A DNA stretch of 64,000 nucleotides from Felis catus (Eukaryota), in assembly GCF_018350175.1 (NCBI RefSeq), contig NC_058372.1:41354001-41418000 (forward strand). Direction: 5' to 3'. Shown here piece after piece: positions 13,487-25,535 of this stretch; the first letter of the stretch is position 1, and every line of letters starts with the position of its first letter. The notes beneath the pieces are model-generated. The model was not told where the DNA came from. It searched no databases and saw only the letters and a list, made by a program, of their open reading frames with translations. The position numbers were made by a program, and so were the translations under genes.

Positions 13487-14298
13487 TTGTGCACGGGGGT
13501 GGCAGTTGCATTTTCCAAAGATGGCTGCCACAGATCTCCCACCCCACATGCTCTTCTTATAATGTGACTTTAAAACAAATTTTTTTTTAAGTTTATTTAT
13601 TTTGAGAGAGACAGAAAGAGCGATCAGGCAGAAGGGCAAAGAGAGGGGGAGTGAGAGAATCCCAAACAGTCTCTGCACAGTCAGCACGGAACCTGATCTG
13701 GGGCTTGAACTCGTGAAACGTGAGATCGTGATCTGGAGCCAAAACCAAGAGCCTGACTTAAACCAAGTGCTTAACCGACTGAGCCACCCAGGTGCCCCTT
13801 TTATAATGTGACTTTGACACTCCTCCCATTGCGAGGTAGGTTCTGTGTTCCTGTTCCTCGACTTCAGGCAGTCTTGGAACCATGATGGAAGTGAAGTTGT
13901 GTGACTTCTTAGGGTAGGTCACAAAAGATGATCCAGGTTTGATGTGATTCTCTGGAGACACTTGCTTTCAGAGATCTGAGCTGCTGTGTAAAGCATGTGA
14001 TTACCATGAGGTCACTGTTCCATGAGGAAGCCCAAACTAGCCCCAGTGGAGAGGCTACCAGGAGAGGACTTACGTGGAGAAAGAGAGAGGCCCAGGCAGT
14101 CCTTGAGTGTGTCTGCTGTTTTAACTCCAGCCACTGACTAACTACAGTTGCAGGCATGAGGGACAAAGTCAGAACTGCCCAGCTGCGCCCTTCCTAAATC
14201 CCTGACCCGCAGGAATCTGAGAGAGAAAAGACTATTGTTGTCTTAAGCCACTAAGTTTTAAGGTAATTTGTTATATGCAATGGTAAACAACTGGAACA
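13487..14298 (+). mobile_element. MaLR solo LTR (MLT1-type) interrupted by a CanSINE
   Basis: ccaaagatggctgcca near the start, aatgtgactttgacactcctcccat, and terminal ttaagccactaagtttta..taatttgttatatgcaa..aactggaaca. Confidence 0.75.
13572..13798 (-). mobile_element. CanSINE
   Basis: Reverse head ..ttaaccgactgagccacccaggtgcccc; TSD ttataatgtgacttt on both sides. Confidence 0.9.
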
Positions 14299-14639
14299 AA
14301 GAGATGACAAAATGTCAGAAGTATTCAGCGGGCAAGTCACTTCCTTCTGGGCTTAAGTTTCCCTTGTAAACAGTAGGCATTAATCCATGGTCTCCAAGAG
14401 TGGTTCCAATGCTGATGTTTAGTGCTTATCTATGATGTTACCACATCCTCCACTATCCATTTTCACTCCCCCGTTAATACTAGATCATTATGCCCCATTC
14501 CATTATGTCCAGAGAGAAACGAACACCCCTGGGCACCAACGGATGTCTGTGAATCTGTTGGGGAAAAGAAGTGGGCGCCTCTGGACCCAATTTCCTTGAG
14601 ATATCTTGAAATGAAGGTGTGGCGTATGGAAGTAAAATG

Positions 14640-14820
14640 AACAGGATTTGGAATCTGGTCACTGATTGACATTGACTGTGTGACCTCTGAGAAAGTCTCA
14701 TAATCTTTTGGGGCCTCAGTTTACTCATCTGTGAAATGGGGAGGATAGTACCAGCCTTACTCTCTCTCAGGGTGGCTATAAGGATAGAATGAGATAGTGA
14801 ACGTGAAAGTCCAGGTATGT
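14640..14820 (+). mobile_element. MIR fragment
   Basis: ctgtgtgacct..gggcctcagtttactcatctgtgaaatgggg. Confidence 0.7.
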
Positions 14821-15087
14821 GAACAGGTGGCGGGAGGGTGAGGCCTGGGGGTGAGTGGTTACTGAGGCTTTGGGGGTTCCTGGTAAAGTCAGTGTCCTGC
14901 CCTGGAGTAGGGAGGGGATTGGCAACAAGAACAAAAAAAAAAATGGGACGTTGAACTGGGCTGTTCTGAGCTGTGCTTGTCTCTTAGCAACTGTTTCTGA
15001 GGCAGTATCTCTGAGAATCCATCCACTACTAGGGATGGAGGCCCCTTGATATAAAAGGCAGCGTTTCGTCTCGGCAAAACTGCTTTT

Positions 15088-15293
15088 CTTTTTGAATGTT
15101 TATTTATTTTTGAGAGAGAGAGAAACAGCTCGTGCAAGCAGGGGAGGGGCCAAGAGAGGGAGAGAGAAGATCAAAACGATGCTTTCTGCTATCGAGCAGA
15201 GAGTCCCATGTGGGGCTCGAACTCATGAGCTTTGAGATCATGACCTGGGCCAAATTCAGACGCTTAACCCACTGTGCCACCCAGGTTCCCCCC
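15088..15293 (-). mobile_element. CanSINE
   Basis: tttatttatttttgagagagag...ggggctcgaactcatgagc..gagatcatgacctg..cttaacc. Confidence 0.88.
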
Positions 15294-15809
15294 TTTTTTT
15301 CCCTGCAAAACTGCTTCTAACTTACACTCCCTCCCCCATTTAACAATGACCCAGGAAAGAGGGCTTGTCTCACTGCTTGGATTTCCAAGAACCCCCCGGG
15401 ACCAATCATCAGTTTCTGGCAGAGATTCCCATTAATTTTTGGATAACTGAGGCTTAAAATCTTAAGGCCATCCCTAATTCCTCTCTTTCCCATTCCCCTG
15501 TTCTGGCTGCTCACCAGATGTCATTGGGTCTTCCTCCTGTGGTCCCGGGTTCATTCGATCCCACTGCCTCAGGCCTTATTAACACCTTCCTGGCTACACT
15601 AGACTCATGACAAGCATTTCCTAAGTGGTCTCTCGGGTCCAGGCCTGCCCCTTTCTCCCGTGCATCCATTCTGCCGGGTGTCTTGAGGATAAATGTTCTC
15701 ACACCACCCTTGTCATCTCACTCCCTGGCTCAGAGCAGCCCGGGATCACTCTGATTACTCTCCAGGCTGTGCAATGTCAAGGCAAGGGTACCACAAGCTG
15801 CTGCAGATC

Positions 15810-16090
15810 CTAGCTCCAGCATTCGTAGCTGCGTGACCTTCAGGAGACATCCAGCTTTTCTGAGCCCCGAGGTTCTTGCTGGTAAATAGAAAAGCGCTTT
15901 ACATGCATGAACGCCTTTGAGCCTCACAACAACGCCGTGAGGTAGGTACTGTGCTTAACCCACTTTATAGATGGGGAAACTGAGGCACAGAGAACTTCAG
16001 TCATTTGCTTATGTTCATGCAGCTCGTTAAGTGATAGAGCCAAGTTATGAACCCAGACAGGCTGCTTCAGAGATCCTGTTCTTAAGCACT
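15810..16090. mobile_element. MIR fragments
   Basis: cccactttatagatggggaaactgaggcacagaga (reverse MIR core), plus a forward-oriented piece upstream. Confidence 0.65.
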
Positions 16091-17247
16091 GGCCTATCCT
16101 TGGGAGAAGTGACTGGCATGGGCTATGCGGTGCTGAGAGCCCTCTGGCTGATGCGAACCAAACCTTAGCTTTAATTTTTGCTTCACAGTGCAATTTAGGG
16201 AGGACTTTGGCAGTGGACTGGGCAGGGAGCCTGATCACTTTAGGGTCCTCCTAAGCCTACCCTAATAGTGGCCTCTGTTTTGGGTAGGTGCCAATAGACA
16301 TAGGAGGTTCCCTTCTGACTTTCATCCCAGACCTGGACAGTAACTATGCTCTAGAACACCCCATTCTCCCAAACCTGTGGGGTTCTCCACTTTCCTAGCA
16401 TTTCTTTCCTGAGTACCTGTCAATAAATCCCTCCTCCAGGGCCCCCAGCTACATGGGTTCATCTTTCTTGGCCTCTCTGCTGCTCACTTGAGGGGTGGGT
16501 TCCCAAGTTACCCTCTTTTCTCCCTAGCCTCCTTTCCAAACAAGTTTTGGGTACTACCAACACCAAATAGGGGTACAGAGAGAAGAAAATGGGGCGCAAG
16601 GGGAGGCGGTCATTCATTCACACGTTCGTTGACCCACTTACAAATATTTCTCCTCGTCCCTCTCAGAGCCTAGCATGATAGTAAGCGCTGTGGCCAGAGG
16701 TTAGGAGGGGACCCCAGAAGCTCAATAAGCATGAGTTAAATAAGCGAATGAATTAATATGATTGAAAAGAAGTGCTGGGCCCTGACTTCAAGCAGCTTAT
16801 AGCCTAGTAGGGCAGGCACACCCACTCACTGTCATACATACACTTCAGATAAAAGGGGTACCAGACACACCTGAGGGCCCTGGACCTCATGGAGACCCAG
16901 GGGCATGCAGGCCTGGCTCTAGTCCTCACCAGCTAAGGGCCAAGCACCCACCTGCTTCTTTTGTCCTACTACCATCTCTCCCAGCCAGTCTGACCAACCC
17001 AAAAAGCGGAGGCTGCAAGTGGGAGCGGAGCTGGTGCAGGAAGGATGTCAGGCATATCCAGGTAGTCCACTCCCTTGATACTTTCTGCCAGAGCAGGGAC
17101 CTTTAGGTCCCAAAACCAGTGTCCTCCCCCCTCGTTGTTTCCTGTCCTCCACCCCCACTCCTATCTCACAGCAGGAGTTGGAGCCGGCTGCTCAAGGGCT
17201 GAAATCCAAACCAGCCATTGTGTCCCACCTTTGGGCGGTGTGTGACG

Positions 17248-17248
<1 letters not shown>

Positions 17249-17284
<36 letters not shown>
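17249..17284. repeat. (TG)18 microsatellite
   Basis: Read directly from the sequence. Confidence 0.97.
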
Positions 17285-17286
<2 letters not shown>

Positions 17287-17523
17287 GGCAGGGCCCGCTG
17301 TGTGCCTCAGGGGCTGGACTGCTATGTCTCAGGCCCTGGGATGCCATGCTTGGGGTACCAGGAGATACCAGCTCACAAAAAGGGAAGAAGCTGGGAAAGG
17401 TAGATACTGACTCTGTGCTCTGGTGTTACTTGAGAAATGGCAGAGGGGAGATACTCTGCCTGCTGGTGAACCCAGTATGCAGTCATGTAGCCAGTGTCCA
17501 AAATGTCAAGAGAGGGAACATGT

Positions 17524-17750
17524 AGGGGTGCCTGGGTGGCTCAGTTTGTTAAGCACCTGACTTCGGCTCAGGTCATGATCTTGTGGTTCGTGACTTTGAG
17601 CCCCGCATCGGGCTCTGTACTGTCAGTGCAGAGCCAGCTTCTGATCTTCTATCTCCCTCTCTCTCTCTGTCCCTCCCCCACCTCGCAATGCTCTCTCTCT
17701 CTCTCTCTCTCTCTCTCAAAAATAAATAAACATTAAAAAAAATTTTTTTA
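17524..17750 (+). mobile_element. CanSINE (feliform type)
   Basis: GGGGTGCCTGGGTGGCTCAG head; flanked by aaat(g/a)tcaagagagggaacatgt at 17501-17523 and 17750-17772. Confidence 0.92.
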
Positions 17751-17876
17751 AATATCAAGAGAGGGAACATGTCTATTTGGAACCACCAGGGTGTGCTGAC
17801 CATGAGCATAGGCCTGGAGAGGCAAGAGGTTCACCTATATCCAGAACTATGGTGTAAAGTATAATAATACCAATTG

Positions 17877-17879
<3 letters not shown>

Positions 17880-17923
<44 letters not shown>
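17880..17923. repeat. (AC)22 microsatellite
   Basis: Read directly from the sequence. Confidence 0.97.
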
Positions 17924-17925
<2 letters not shown>

Positions 17926-18489
17926 AAAGCCCTTGCTACCCTGGAACCACCCGATGCCCATGATGGAGTGAAAGAGGCATCAATAGCCCAGGCAAGACAT
18001 GCTCCAGCTGTTCCAGCAGCTGCTGAAAGAGGTTTATTTGAGGCTTCTAGAACCTGAGCCTCTTCTCGTAACCTTTCATGTATGAAGAGTTGCTTAATCT
18101 ATGGGATAGCACATTCATTCAAAGCCAAGTTTTGGGTTCAACAAAGAGACCAGGAGGCTGCAGAACTATCCAGCCCCTATTGGGTCAGAGTGAAGCAGGG
18201 CCTGGTGAATGGGTCCCAGTACCATCCAGAAGACCGAGATAAGCTGTTTCTTCTGTATTTTCTGAGCTTCCCCAGGACTCAAAATTGAAGTGTGAGAGGG
18301 GAGGCACAGGATTTTATCTCAGGGTACCCAAAGTCTGAAGGGAGAGTCCCAAAGTCTGCCCCAGGGAATCCCTGCCTTAGAGTTGGGAGAGGTAAGACTC
18401 CACCAGAAGCCAGAAAACAAGACTTGGTGTCATGTAAAATTTATGGAATATGTATCTTAAGTAGTTTTTTTTTTACCTTGAAATATGTT

Positions 18490-19020
18490 CCGTTATGGTA
18501 AAATATCCATAATATAACATTTACCATTTGAATAGTTTTTAAGTGCACAGTTCAGTGGCATTGGAACTGATTGCCAACATTCAGGCTACTGGGCAACCAG
18601 CTTGACTATCCAGCTCCAGAATTTTTTTATCTTTCCAAACTGAAACTCTGTACTCATTAAACACTAACTCCCTATCCCCCCTTCCCCACCACTTGGCAAC
18701 CACGGTTCTATTTTCTGTCTCTAAGAATTTGACTACTCTAGATGCTACCTCATGTAAGGGGAATCCTACAGTCATTGTCCTTTTCTGNNNNNNNNNNNNN
18801 NNNNNNNNNNNNNNNNNNNNNNNNNNNNNNNNNNNNNNNNNNNNNNNNNNNNNNNNNNNNNNNNNNNNNNNNNNNNNNNNNNNNNNNNNNNNNNNNNNNN
18901 NNNNNNNNNNNNNNNNNNNNNNNNNNNNNNNNNNNNNNNNNNNNNNNNNATGCTGATCTGAATAGCATTATTACATATATGGGTGTAGAAATATTTCTTT
19001 GGATTTCTGCCTTCCATAAG
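18490..19020 (-). mobile_element. L1MB-like 3' end containing an N run (18788-18949)
   Basis: aagtgcacagttcagtggcatt, aactgaaactctgtactcattaaacactaactccc, tggcaaccac..tctattttctgtctcta..aatttgactactctag. Confidence 0.8.
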
Positions 19021-19104
19021 TATTTTCCAAGAGTTAAGTGGCTCTAAGAATATTAAAGGCTGCAAGATCCCACCAAGTTTCAAGGTCTTTAAAATGATAT
19101 TTCT

Positions 19105-19327
19105 GGGGCGCCTAGGTGGCTCAGTCGGTTAAGTGTCCGACTTCGGCTCAGGTCATGATCTTGCAGTTTGTGAGTTCAAGCCCCACATCGGGCTTTGTGC
19201 TGTCAGCTCAGAGCCTGGAACCTGCTTTGAATTCTGTGTCTCCCTCTCTCTCTGCCCCTCCCCTGCTCATGCTCTGTCTCTCTCTGCCTCAAAAATAAAT
19301 AAAAACATTAAAAAAAATTAAAAAAAT
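19105..19327 (+). mobile_element. CanSINE (SINEC_Fc-like)
   Basis: Full length; perfect TSD aaaatgatatttct (19091-19104 and 19328-19341). Confidence 0.95.
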
Positions 19328-19464
19328 AAAATGATATTTCTTAGGTTCCCATCAAATTCAATACCCTAAGTTAAGAAAAGACAATTACCTATAATAAAAG
19401 CTTATCCACCTGGGTGGCAGTGGTAGATTTCTATGAATATAAGAATTAGAAAATATGGATAACT

Positions 19465-19672
19465 TTTTTAAAGTTTATTTATTTTGAGAGACAGTGTGTG
19501 TAGGAAGGGCAGAGAGAGGGGGAGAGAGAATCCCAAGCAGTTTTTGCACTGGCGGCATAGAGCCCGATGCAGGGCTCGAACCCACGAACGGCGAGTTTGT
19601 GACCAGTGAGATCATGATGTCAGCTGAAACCAAGAATCAGACATTTAACCAACTGTACCACCCAAGTGCCCC
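19465..19672 (-). mobile_element. CanSINE
   Basis: Reverse-oriented; agagaatcccaagcag..gggctcgaacccacgaac. Confidence 0.85.
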
Positions 19673-21621
19673 AGGAAATGTGTACAGCTTAAATCTAGGG
19701 AAGCACACTAAGTTATCACCTCTTGAAGTTTTGAAATCATTCTCCAAAAAACCACGTAAATAGGGTTCAGCATGTGCAATCAGGGTCATAAATAAGAATA
19801 TAGATTTCAAAATGTTAGTAGACAACGTCAATTGCAACCAAAAAAGTTGCATATGACCTATAGCCCTTCTAGCTATCATGATGAACAGTTCAGAAGACTC
19901 TGGGGCTGAGCCCTGGCCAATTTCAAGTCTTTCCCCAACAGTTTCCTCCAACACCTGGAGCTCAAATTGCTGTTCTTGTCCAAGATGTACTTCTAGTCCA
20001 AGGCCCTCTGCACCTACGTAGTCTGTCAGGCCAACCCTGGACTCCACATTGACACATCCCTTGCAGCTGGGAGATTAGGTCTACATAAGTGAAATCAGGA
20101 GAAAGAATCATCTTGGATCTAGGTGGATTGTGTGTTAGGAAATATTCGATGATGCTCGTACAGATGGGCCCTGCAGCCCCCCAGTCCTGTGGACACCAAG
20201 GCACAACCATATGAAAACTGCCATCAGAACATAGTGAACCTGACTCTTCTGTAAATTGCATCTAGTTCGTAAAACCCTGAAAGCCTAGAAGGGGTCTTTA
20301 ATCTTCACCCCCTTCCTCGCGGGTCTTTTAAGTGATGGTGAACAATGATGTAATTGTGGCTTAATGAGTATAGAGGCGTACACATGTGCATTTTTATATC
20401 CACAGAGTGGGGAGTGATGAGGTAAAACAGTGTCATAGTAAAAAGAACTTCATCTCACATATCCTAGAAGCTTGAAACTGTGGAGGGCTGTGGCTCCCCT
20501 TCTTTTCAAAGGTATGTTCACGTTTATTGATCATTTTCCTGTTTACAAAATATAAACTTGGATTACTTTTCAAATTTATATATCGTAAGTTTGTTTACCT
20601 GAGAGTTCATGGGCTTCCCTCCCGATGTGGATCCGAACGCAATTTTTGGAAAGGTAGAGCAGGGATCTGAAGGTTGTACCTATTTAGAAAAGAAAACCAG
20701 CTTCCTCTGTTCTTCCTTTCAGACAAATTTCTTTTAGGAAATTTTCTTTTAGGAAAATGGTAAAAGTCATATTTCAAAAAAAAAAAAACTGAGTTTGTGC
20801 TCTTGCAACGCAATGAATGTCACATTTTGAAAGTACTGTATGGGCAATTTAAGGGAAACCATGTGGAGATGTATAATGATTGGGAGTCTTTATTTTCAGC
20901 TCTGCAAGAACCAATATGATTGATTCATTTAGTGTAATCTTATTAAGTTAACAATAATAAAAAGTTGTATGGGACTGACAACCATGGACAGGATGGCAAA
21001 TAAAGATGACTGACCCTGGGAGTCTCTGCCAAGGTTTTATTTGTGTGTGTTGGTGGAGAACTGAGGGCTTGAGGCCAGCTCCATTAAGGGACAGACCCAG
21101 CTCCCACCCGTAGGCCCAGGGAAATGGGATACCTCTCCGTTCTGAATTGTTGATGAGCCGTGGAGGGGAGAAGGACAAGAGAGCAGATGGAATTCCTGGA
21201 CAATTGTTCCAGCTGTCACCAGAGAGGACAGGCAGGAGGGAGCACTGGATAATTTACAGAGGAACAGATGCTAAGGCTTCTCCGGAACCATCTGGCCAAG
21301 AGGGGCCTGGGCTTGGGGTGGATGTTGTCTTTAGATCTGAGTAAACTTCAGCCTCCAGCCTGCCCCATTCCTTCTACCTGAACTGTGGCTTTCCCAAGAG
21401 GGCTCTGCTCCCAGAGTACACACCTCCAGAGTTCCATCTGGCTCTCATCCCCCTCCCTCCTTTGCTGAGCCTGGCTTTTGTCTTTCCTACCATTCCTGAT
21501 AGGGCCAAGTCTGGCCCTGGAGGCCTGTAACTTCCAACGATGCATTTCCCCATTTTGTAGTATTTTCAGCCCCTCCTCCCCACCAAGATATCCCCAAATC
21601 CCTCTATCATTCATCTCCATA

Positions 21622-22260
21622 CCATTCATTCATTCAGTAAATGTTTATTAAGCACCTACTCTGCTTTGCATTGTCTCAGACACTGAGGATGCAGCGGTGA
21701 ATGAGAAAAAGTTCTAGATCTCTGGAGTTTGCATTATAGCAGGAGATGGTCAATAAACAAATATCAGATAATGAGTGCTGTGAAAAGAAATATTAAAGCA
21801 GGGTAAGGGTGAGTGACTGGGGATGCTGTTTTAGGTAGAGTGGCCAGGGAAGGCTTCTCTAAGGCACTAACATTTGAACAGAGATACTAATGGGAGTAAT
21901 ATCTAGAGGAAGAACATTCCAGGCACAGGGAACAGCAAACCTAAAAAGCCCTGAGTATGCTTCGTGCATTGGAGGACGCCACGCTATTTATTCATTAAGC
22001 ATTTACTGTGTGCCAGGCACCTGCTAGGGAATATGAACATACAATCGGACACAGTTTTTGCCCTGAAGGAGCAGCAGCTTAGTGAGGGATGCACCTTTTA
22101 AATAATTATGGCATATGGTACCTGCAATGAAGTTATGCGCAAGTGGCTAGAGATGCCCAGCCAAAGGAGTACCAAATCCAGTCTTGGGGCCTGGGGAAGG
22201 CTTTCTAGAGGTGGTGACAATTTGAGTTGAGGGCTGAAGGAGTCACAAGAACTGATTATA
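21622..22260 (-). mobile_element. Two tandem L2 3'-end fragments
   Basis: attcattcattcagtaaatgtttattaagcacctact; ccagggaaggcttctct; second copy attaagcatttactgtgtgccaggcac. Confidence 0.7.
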
Positions 22261-22629
22261 AACGGGAAGGAGAGGGCTTGGACATTTTGAGGGCTTAATG
22301 GCCTGAAAACACAGGATAGTTGGGAACCTGAAGTCTCTGGGAGAGGTGGGAAATTAGTCGGGTGAAGGTGGAAGAGGGTGGGTCACACGGACCTCTGCGT
22401 GGCAAACTGAGAAGCTGCTTTCATTCTTTGGATGATGGGGAACCAGTGCTAACACTATTCCACCATATTTTTGCGTTTTTTCTCTTTCTCTCTTTTTTTC
22501 TTTAGTATCAGAATCTTTCCTCACCCTTCCCGCTATTGCCCTACCCTTGACACCTCCTTCCTTCTCCACCCGCCTGGCCTCCAAACCCTACTCTCCGGAG
22601 ATCCCATCTTTCCTCTTCACCTGGTGCCC

Positions 22630-23120
22630 TAATTCGCCATCCCGAAGCTACGCCCCTAGCCACACCCCCCGATGACGCTCCGCGCCCAGTGCGTGGGGAT
22701 TCCCGCGGCCTTGGCCGCTACCCGGCCTGCCCCGCGGCAAGATGGCGGCGTGAAGGCGGCGGGCAGCGGCAGAAAGTTTGTTGTGGGGTTGGAGTAGTTG
22801 GGCCGGGAGGCTAGAGTGGGGGGGGATCGTAGGGACACTAGCGCGGAGTAGCGGCGGAGGAGGCACTAGCTCCGGGGTTAAGAAGAGGAAATGGAATGGG
22901 GGAAGGTTGGAGGCGGAGAGAAATAAAGAGGGAGACGGGCGGAGGGGAGGGGGCCTAGGATCCAGTGGCGGCCCTGGGGGAGCGGTCTAGCGCCGGGGAA
23001 CAAGAAGTAGGTGTGCAGACCCTGAAGAAGCAGTCACGAATTGGAGGGGAATTTCTTAACCAAGAGTTAAGAGAGAAGCCTGGAGCTTGTGGCCGAGGCC
23101 CGACTGTACCCGGCCGGTAG
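22630..23120 (+). promoter_or_regulatory. TJAP1: TJAP1 CpG-island promoter and non-coding first exon
   Basis: CpG-rich; NF-kB-type GGGGATTCCC at 22695-22704; YY1/TISU CAAGATGGCGGC at 22738-22749; candidate donor after 22775. Confidence 0.8.
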
Positions 23121-23285
23121 GAGAGAGGTCTTTCCCGTGGAGGAGGATAGTGGGGAAGGGGAGAAGAGAGACCTGGAGGATGTTGGGCAGGTTTGGTAAG
23201 GAGGGAACTAAACCCAGTCAGATGACCCTTCTCCAGACTTAGATCAGCCTTTCCAGAGTTCCTATAGCATCTGCCCCAATTTCAG

Positions 23286-23381
23286 CTGAAGACTCAGGGG
23301 CCCCAGGGACTGGAAGAAATCACAGTGCCCGCTTGGAAAGAAGAAGAGGTAGCGACTTGCCCCAGCTCAACCCCAGAGCGG
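23286..23381 (+). other. TJAP1: Candidate TJAP1 5'UTR exon
   Basis: tttcag| acceptor and CGG|GTAAGG donor around a purine-rich 96-nt segment. Confidence 0.5.
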
Positions 23382-24599
23382 GTAAGGTGGCCTCCAGTGA
23401 CAGGCTGGCATGCTCCCTGCAAGCAGGATGCATGAGTTCAGAGTGATACTGAGAATCATTTAATCTGAAAAGGGCTCTCTTCTATAGAGGTTACCTTTTG
23501 CCTGTGGTCTGTAAGTTAGTGTTCTGTTTAGATTGTATGGTGATTTTTGAGAATTGGGTGTAGATTTGAGCCTTGGGTGCTGTCACCTGTGCAAATGAAC
23601 ATGGTGGGGGGCCTAGAGATCAGGCTGAAAGTACTTGAACACATCCCTGTCACAAGCAGTTTCCTACATGCTCCCTGTGTCTTTTTCAGTCTCCCCATCA
23701 CATCTTCACTTTGTCATCCTACCTGAAATAGAGATTTGTGGTGACAGATTGGGGGGAGGGGGAGTCATGAGAAAAAGTGTGGTTGCGGTCTGTCACCAAC
23801 TCATGAATTCATTCTTGCTGCAGGTCTACTTCTTTTGATCTTTCTTTTTGTAAGAAGGGCTCATTAATGTTCCTTTGGGGATGTGGATTTTTGGTGGGTA
23901 GGTGGGGTCAGGGGATAGGAAAATCAGGTTGCGATTAGGGAGAAGAAACCCAGATTAGTTTATGGTAAGGGGTCAAACTGACTGGTGTAAGGCTCTGGGA
24001 ATATTTATTGTATCAATCTGTGTCCCTGAGATCCCTGATATTCGAGAGCTGCTTTACAGAGCGGGTCAGTGTGGTGATGGAAGGAAAGGATTGTAGAACT
24101 TTTCGGGTAGCTTTCTTCTCCTCCTTTGTAGTCTCCCTGTCAAACCACATTAGAAAAAAAAAAAAATCAGTTTCACTAACCAAACTAAGCATGGCTTAAG
24201 AGATGGTGGATTTGGGGTTGGAGAAAAGGGAAGAAGGGGTCTGGAGCCACAAAGCGCAGTGAATATGGTCCTCACTTCCTTCCGTGCCCTGTGGGTATGC
24301 CCAAGCCAGAACTGGGGACAGCTTACTGAAGCTTGTTTCATGACTGGTATCTGCTGCATGATTAGATTAGCAGATCTCATTTGATCCAGGACTCCTCACT
24401 GACCATCTCCTGCTCCCTCCCTGCCCCCCCCCCAAAAAAAAAAGAGGCTTGCTACAGACAGACCAACCCAAATCATTGTCACTACTCAGCTTCAATACCT
24501 TCAGGTATCTGACCAACTGATGTTATTTAGCTGTGACTCTAGAAGGTTGGGAACTTTCTCTGAGGACAATTTATGGATGCCCCCTTGGAAACTGAACAG

Positions 24600-24850
24600 C
24601 AAGGGCAGTGTGGTGAGCACACTTAGGGGTTAAGAGCACTGACTCTGGAGCCAGAATGCTGAGTTCAAATTCTGGCTTTGCCACTTGTAACTCTGTGACC
24701 TTTAGAAATTGCATAGTTCTCTATGCCTCAGCTTTCTCATCAATCAAATGGAGATGGTAAGAGTACCCATCTCATAAGGTAACAACCTTAACCTAAATGC
24801 ATTAATATATTTAGAACAGTGACTGACTCTCTATATGTATTTGTTGTTAC
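24600..24850 (+). mobile_element. MIR
   Basis: ggttaagagcactgactctggagccaga..gagttcaaattctggctttgccactt..gcctcagctttctcatc. Confidence 0.8.
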
Positions 24851-25027
24851 GCTGGTCAGATCTCAGTACTAACTTCTGCTTTATGATTGAACCTAGTGTC
24901 TCTCTTTGGAGGCCCCGTACTGGTTTGGGCTGCTGTCTTGATGTTAGAGAAATGGGGCTTAGCTTTTGGATGTAGTGAGAGCATCTTCATCAAACTATTT
25001 AAAGTGACATTAAAATGCCCATAATTT

Positions 25028-25244
25028 GGGGCGCCTAGGTGGCTCAGTCGGTTAAGCGGCCGACTTCCACTCAGGTCATGATCTCGCGGTCCGTGAGTTC
25101 GAGCCCCGCGTCGGGCTCTGTGCTGACAGCTCAGAGCCCGGAGCCTGTTTCAGATTCTGTGTCTCCCTCTCTCCGACCCGCCCCTGTTCATGCTCTGTCT
25201 CTCCCTGTCTCAAAAATAAATAAAACATTAAAAAAAATTAAAAA
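25028..25244 (+). mobile_element. Young SINEC_Fc-type CanSINE
   Basis: CpG-retaining, near-consensus sequence; TSD aaaatgcccat(a/g)attt at 25012-25027 and 25245-25260. Confidence 0.95.
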
Positions 25245-25304
25245 AAAATGCCCATGATTTCCTGTTTGAAGTTGTGAGGCTTTAGGATTATCTTTGCATT
25301 TGAA

Positions 25305-25535
25305 CAGTAATAATAGTGGTGCTTACTGAGCACATTCTGTGTGTCTGGCACTGTTGGAAGTGCTTTAAATGTATTAACTAATTTAATTTTTATAACCTTA
25401 TGAAGGAAATACTTTCATTATCCCCATTTTACAGATGAATAAATAGAGGTGAAGAGTGGTTAATTTGTTCAAGGTCACTCAGCTAGTAAGGGTCAGAGCT
25501 AGGATTTGACTGTCCGGCTTCAGCAATTGAACTTT
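25305..25535 (-). mobile_element. MIR
   Basis: cattatccccattttacagatga..aaggtcactcagctagtaag. Confidence 0.8.
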
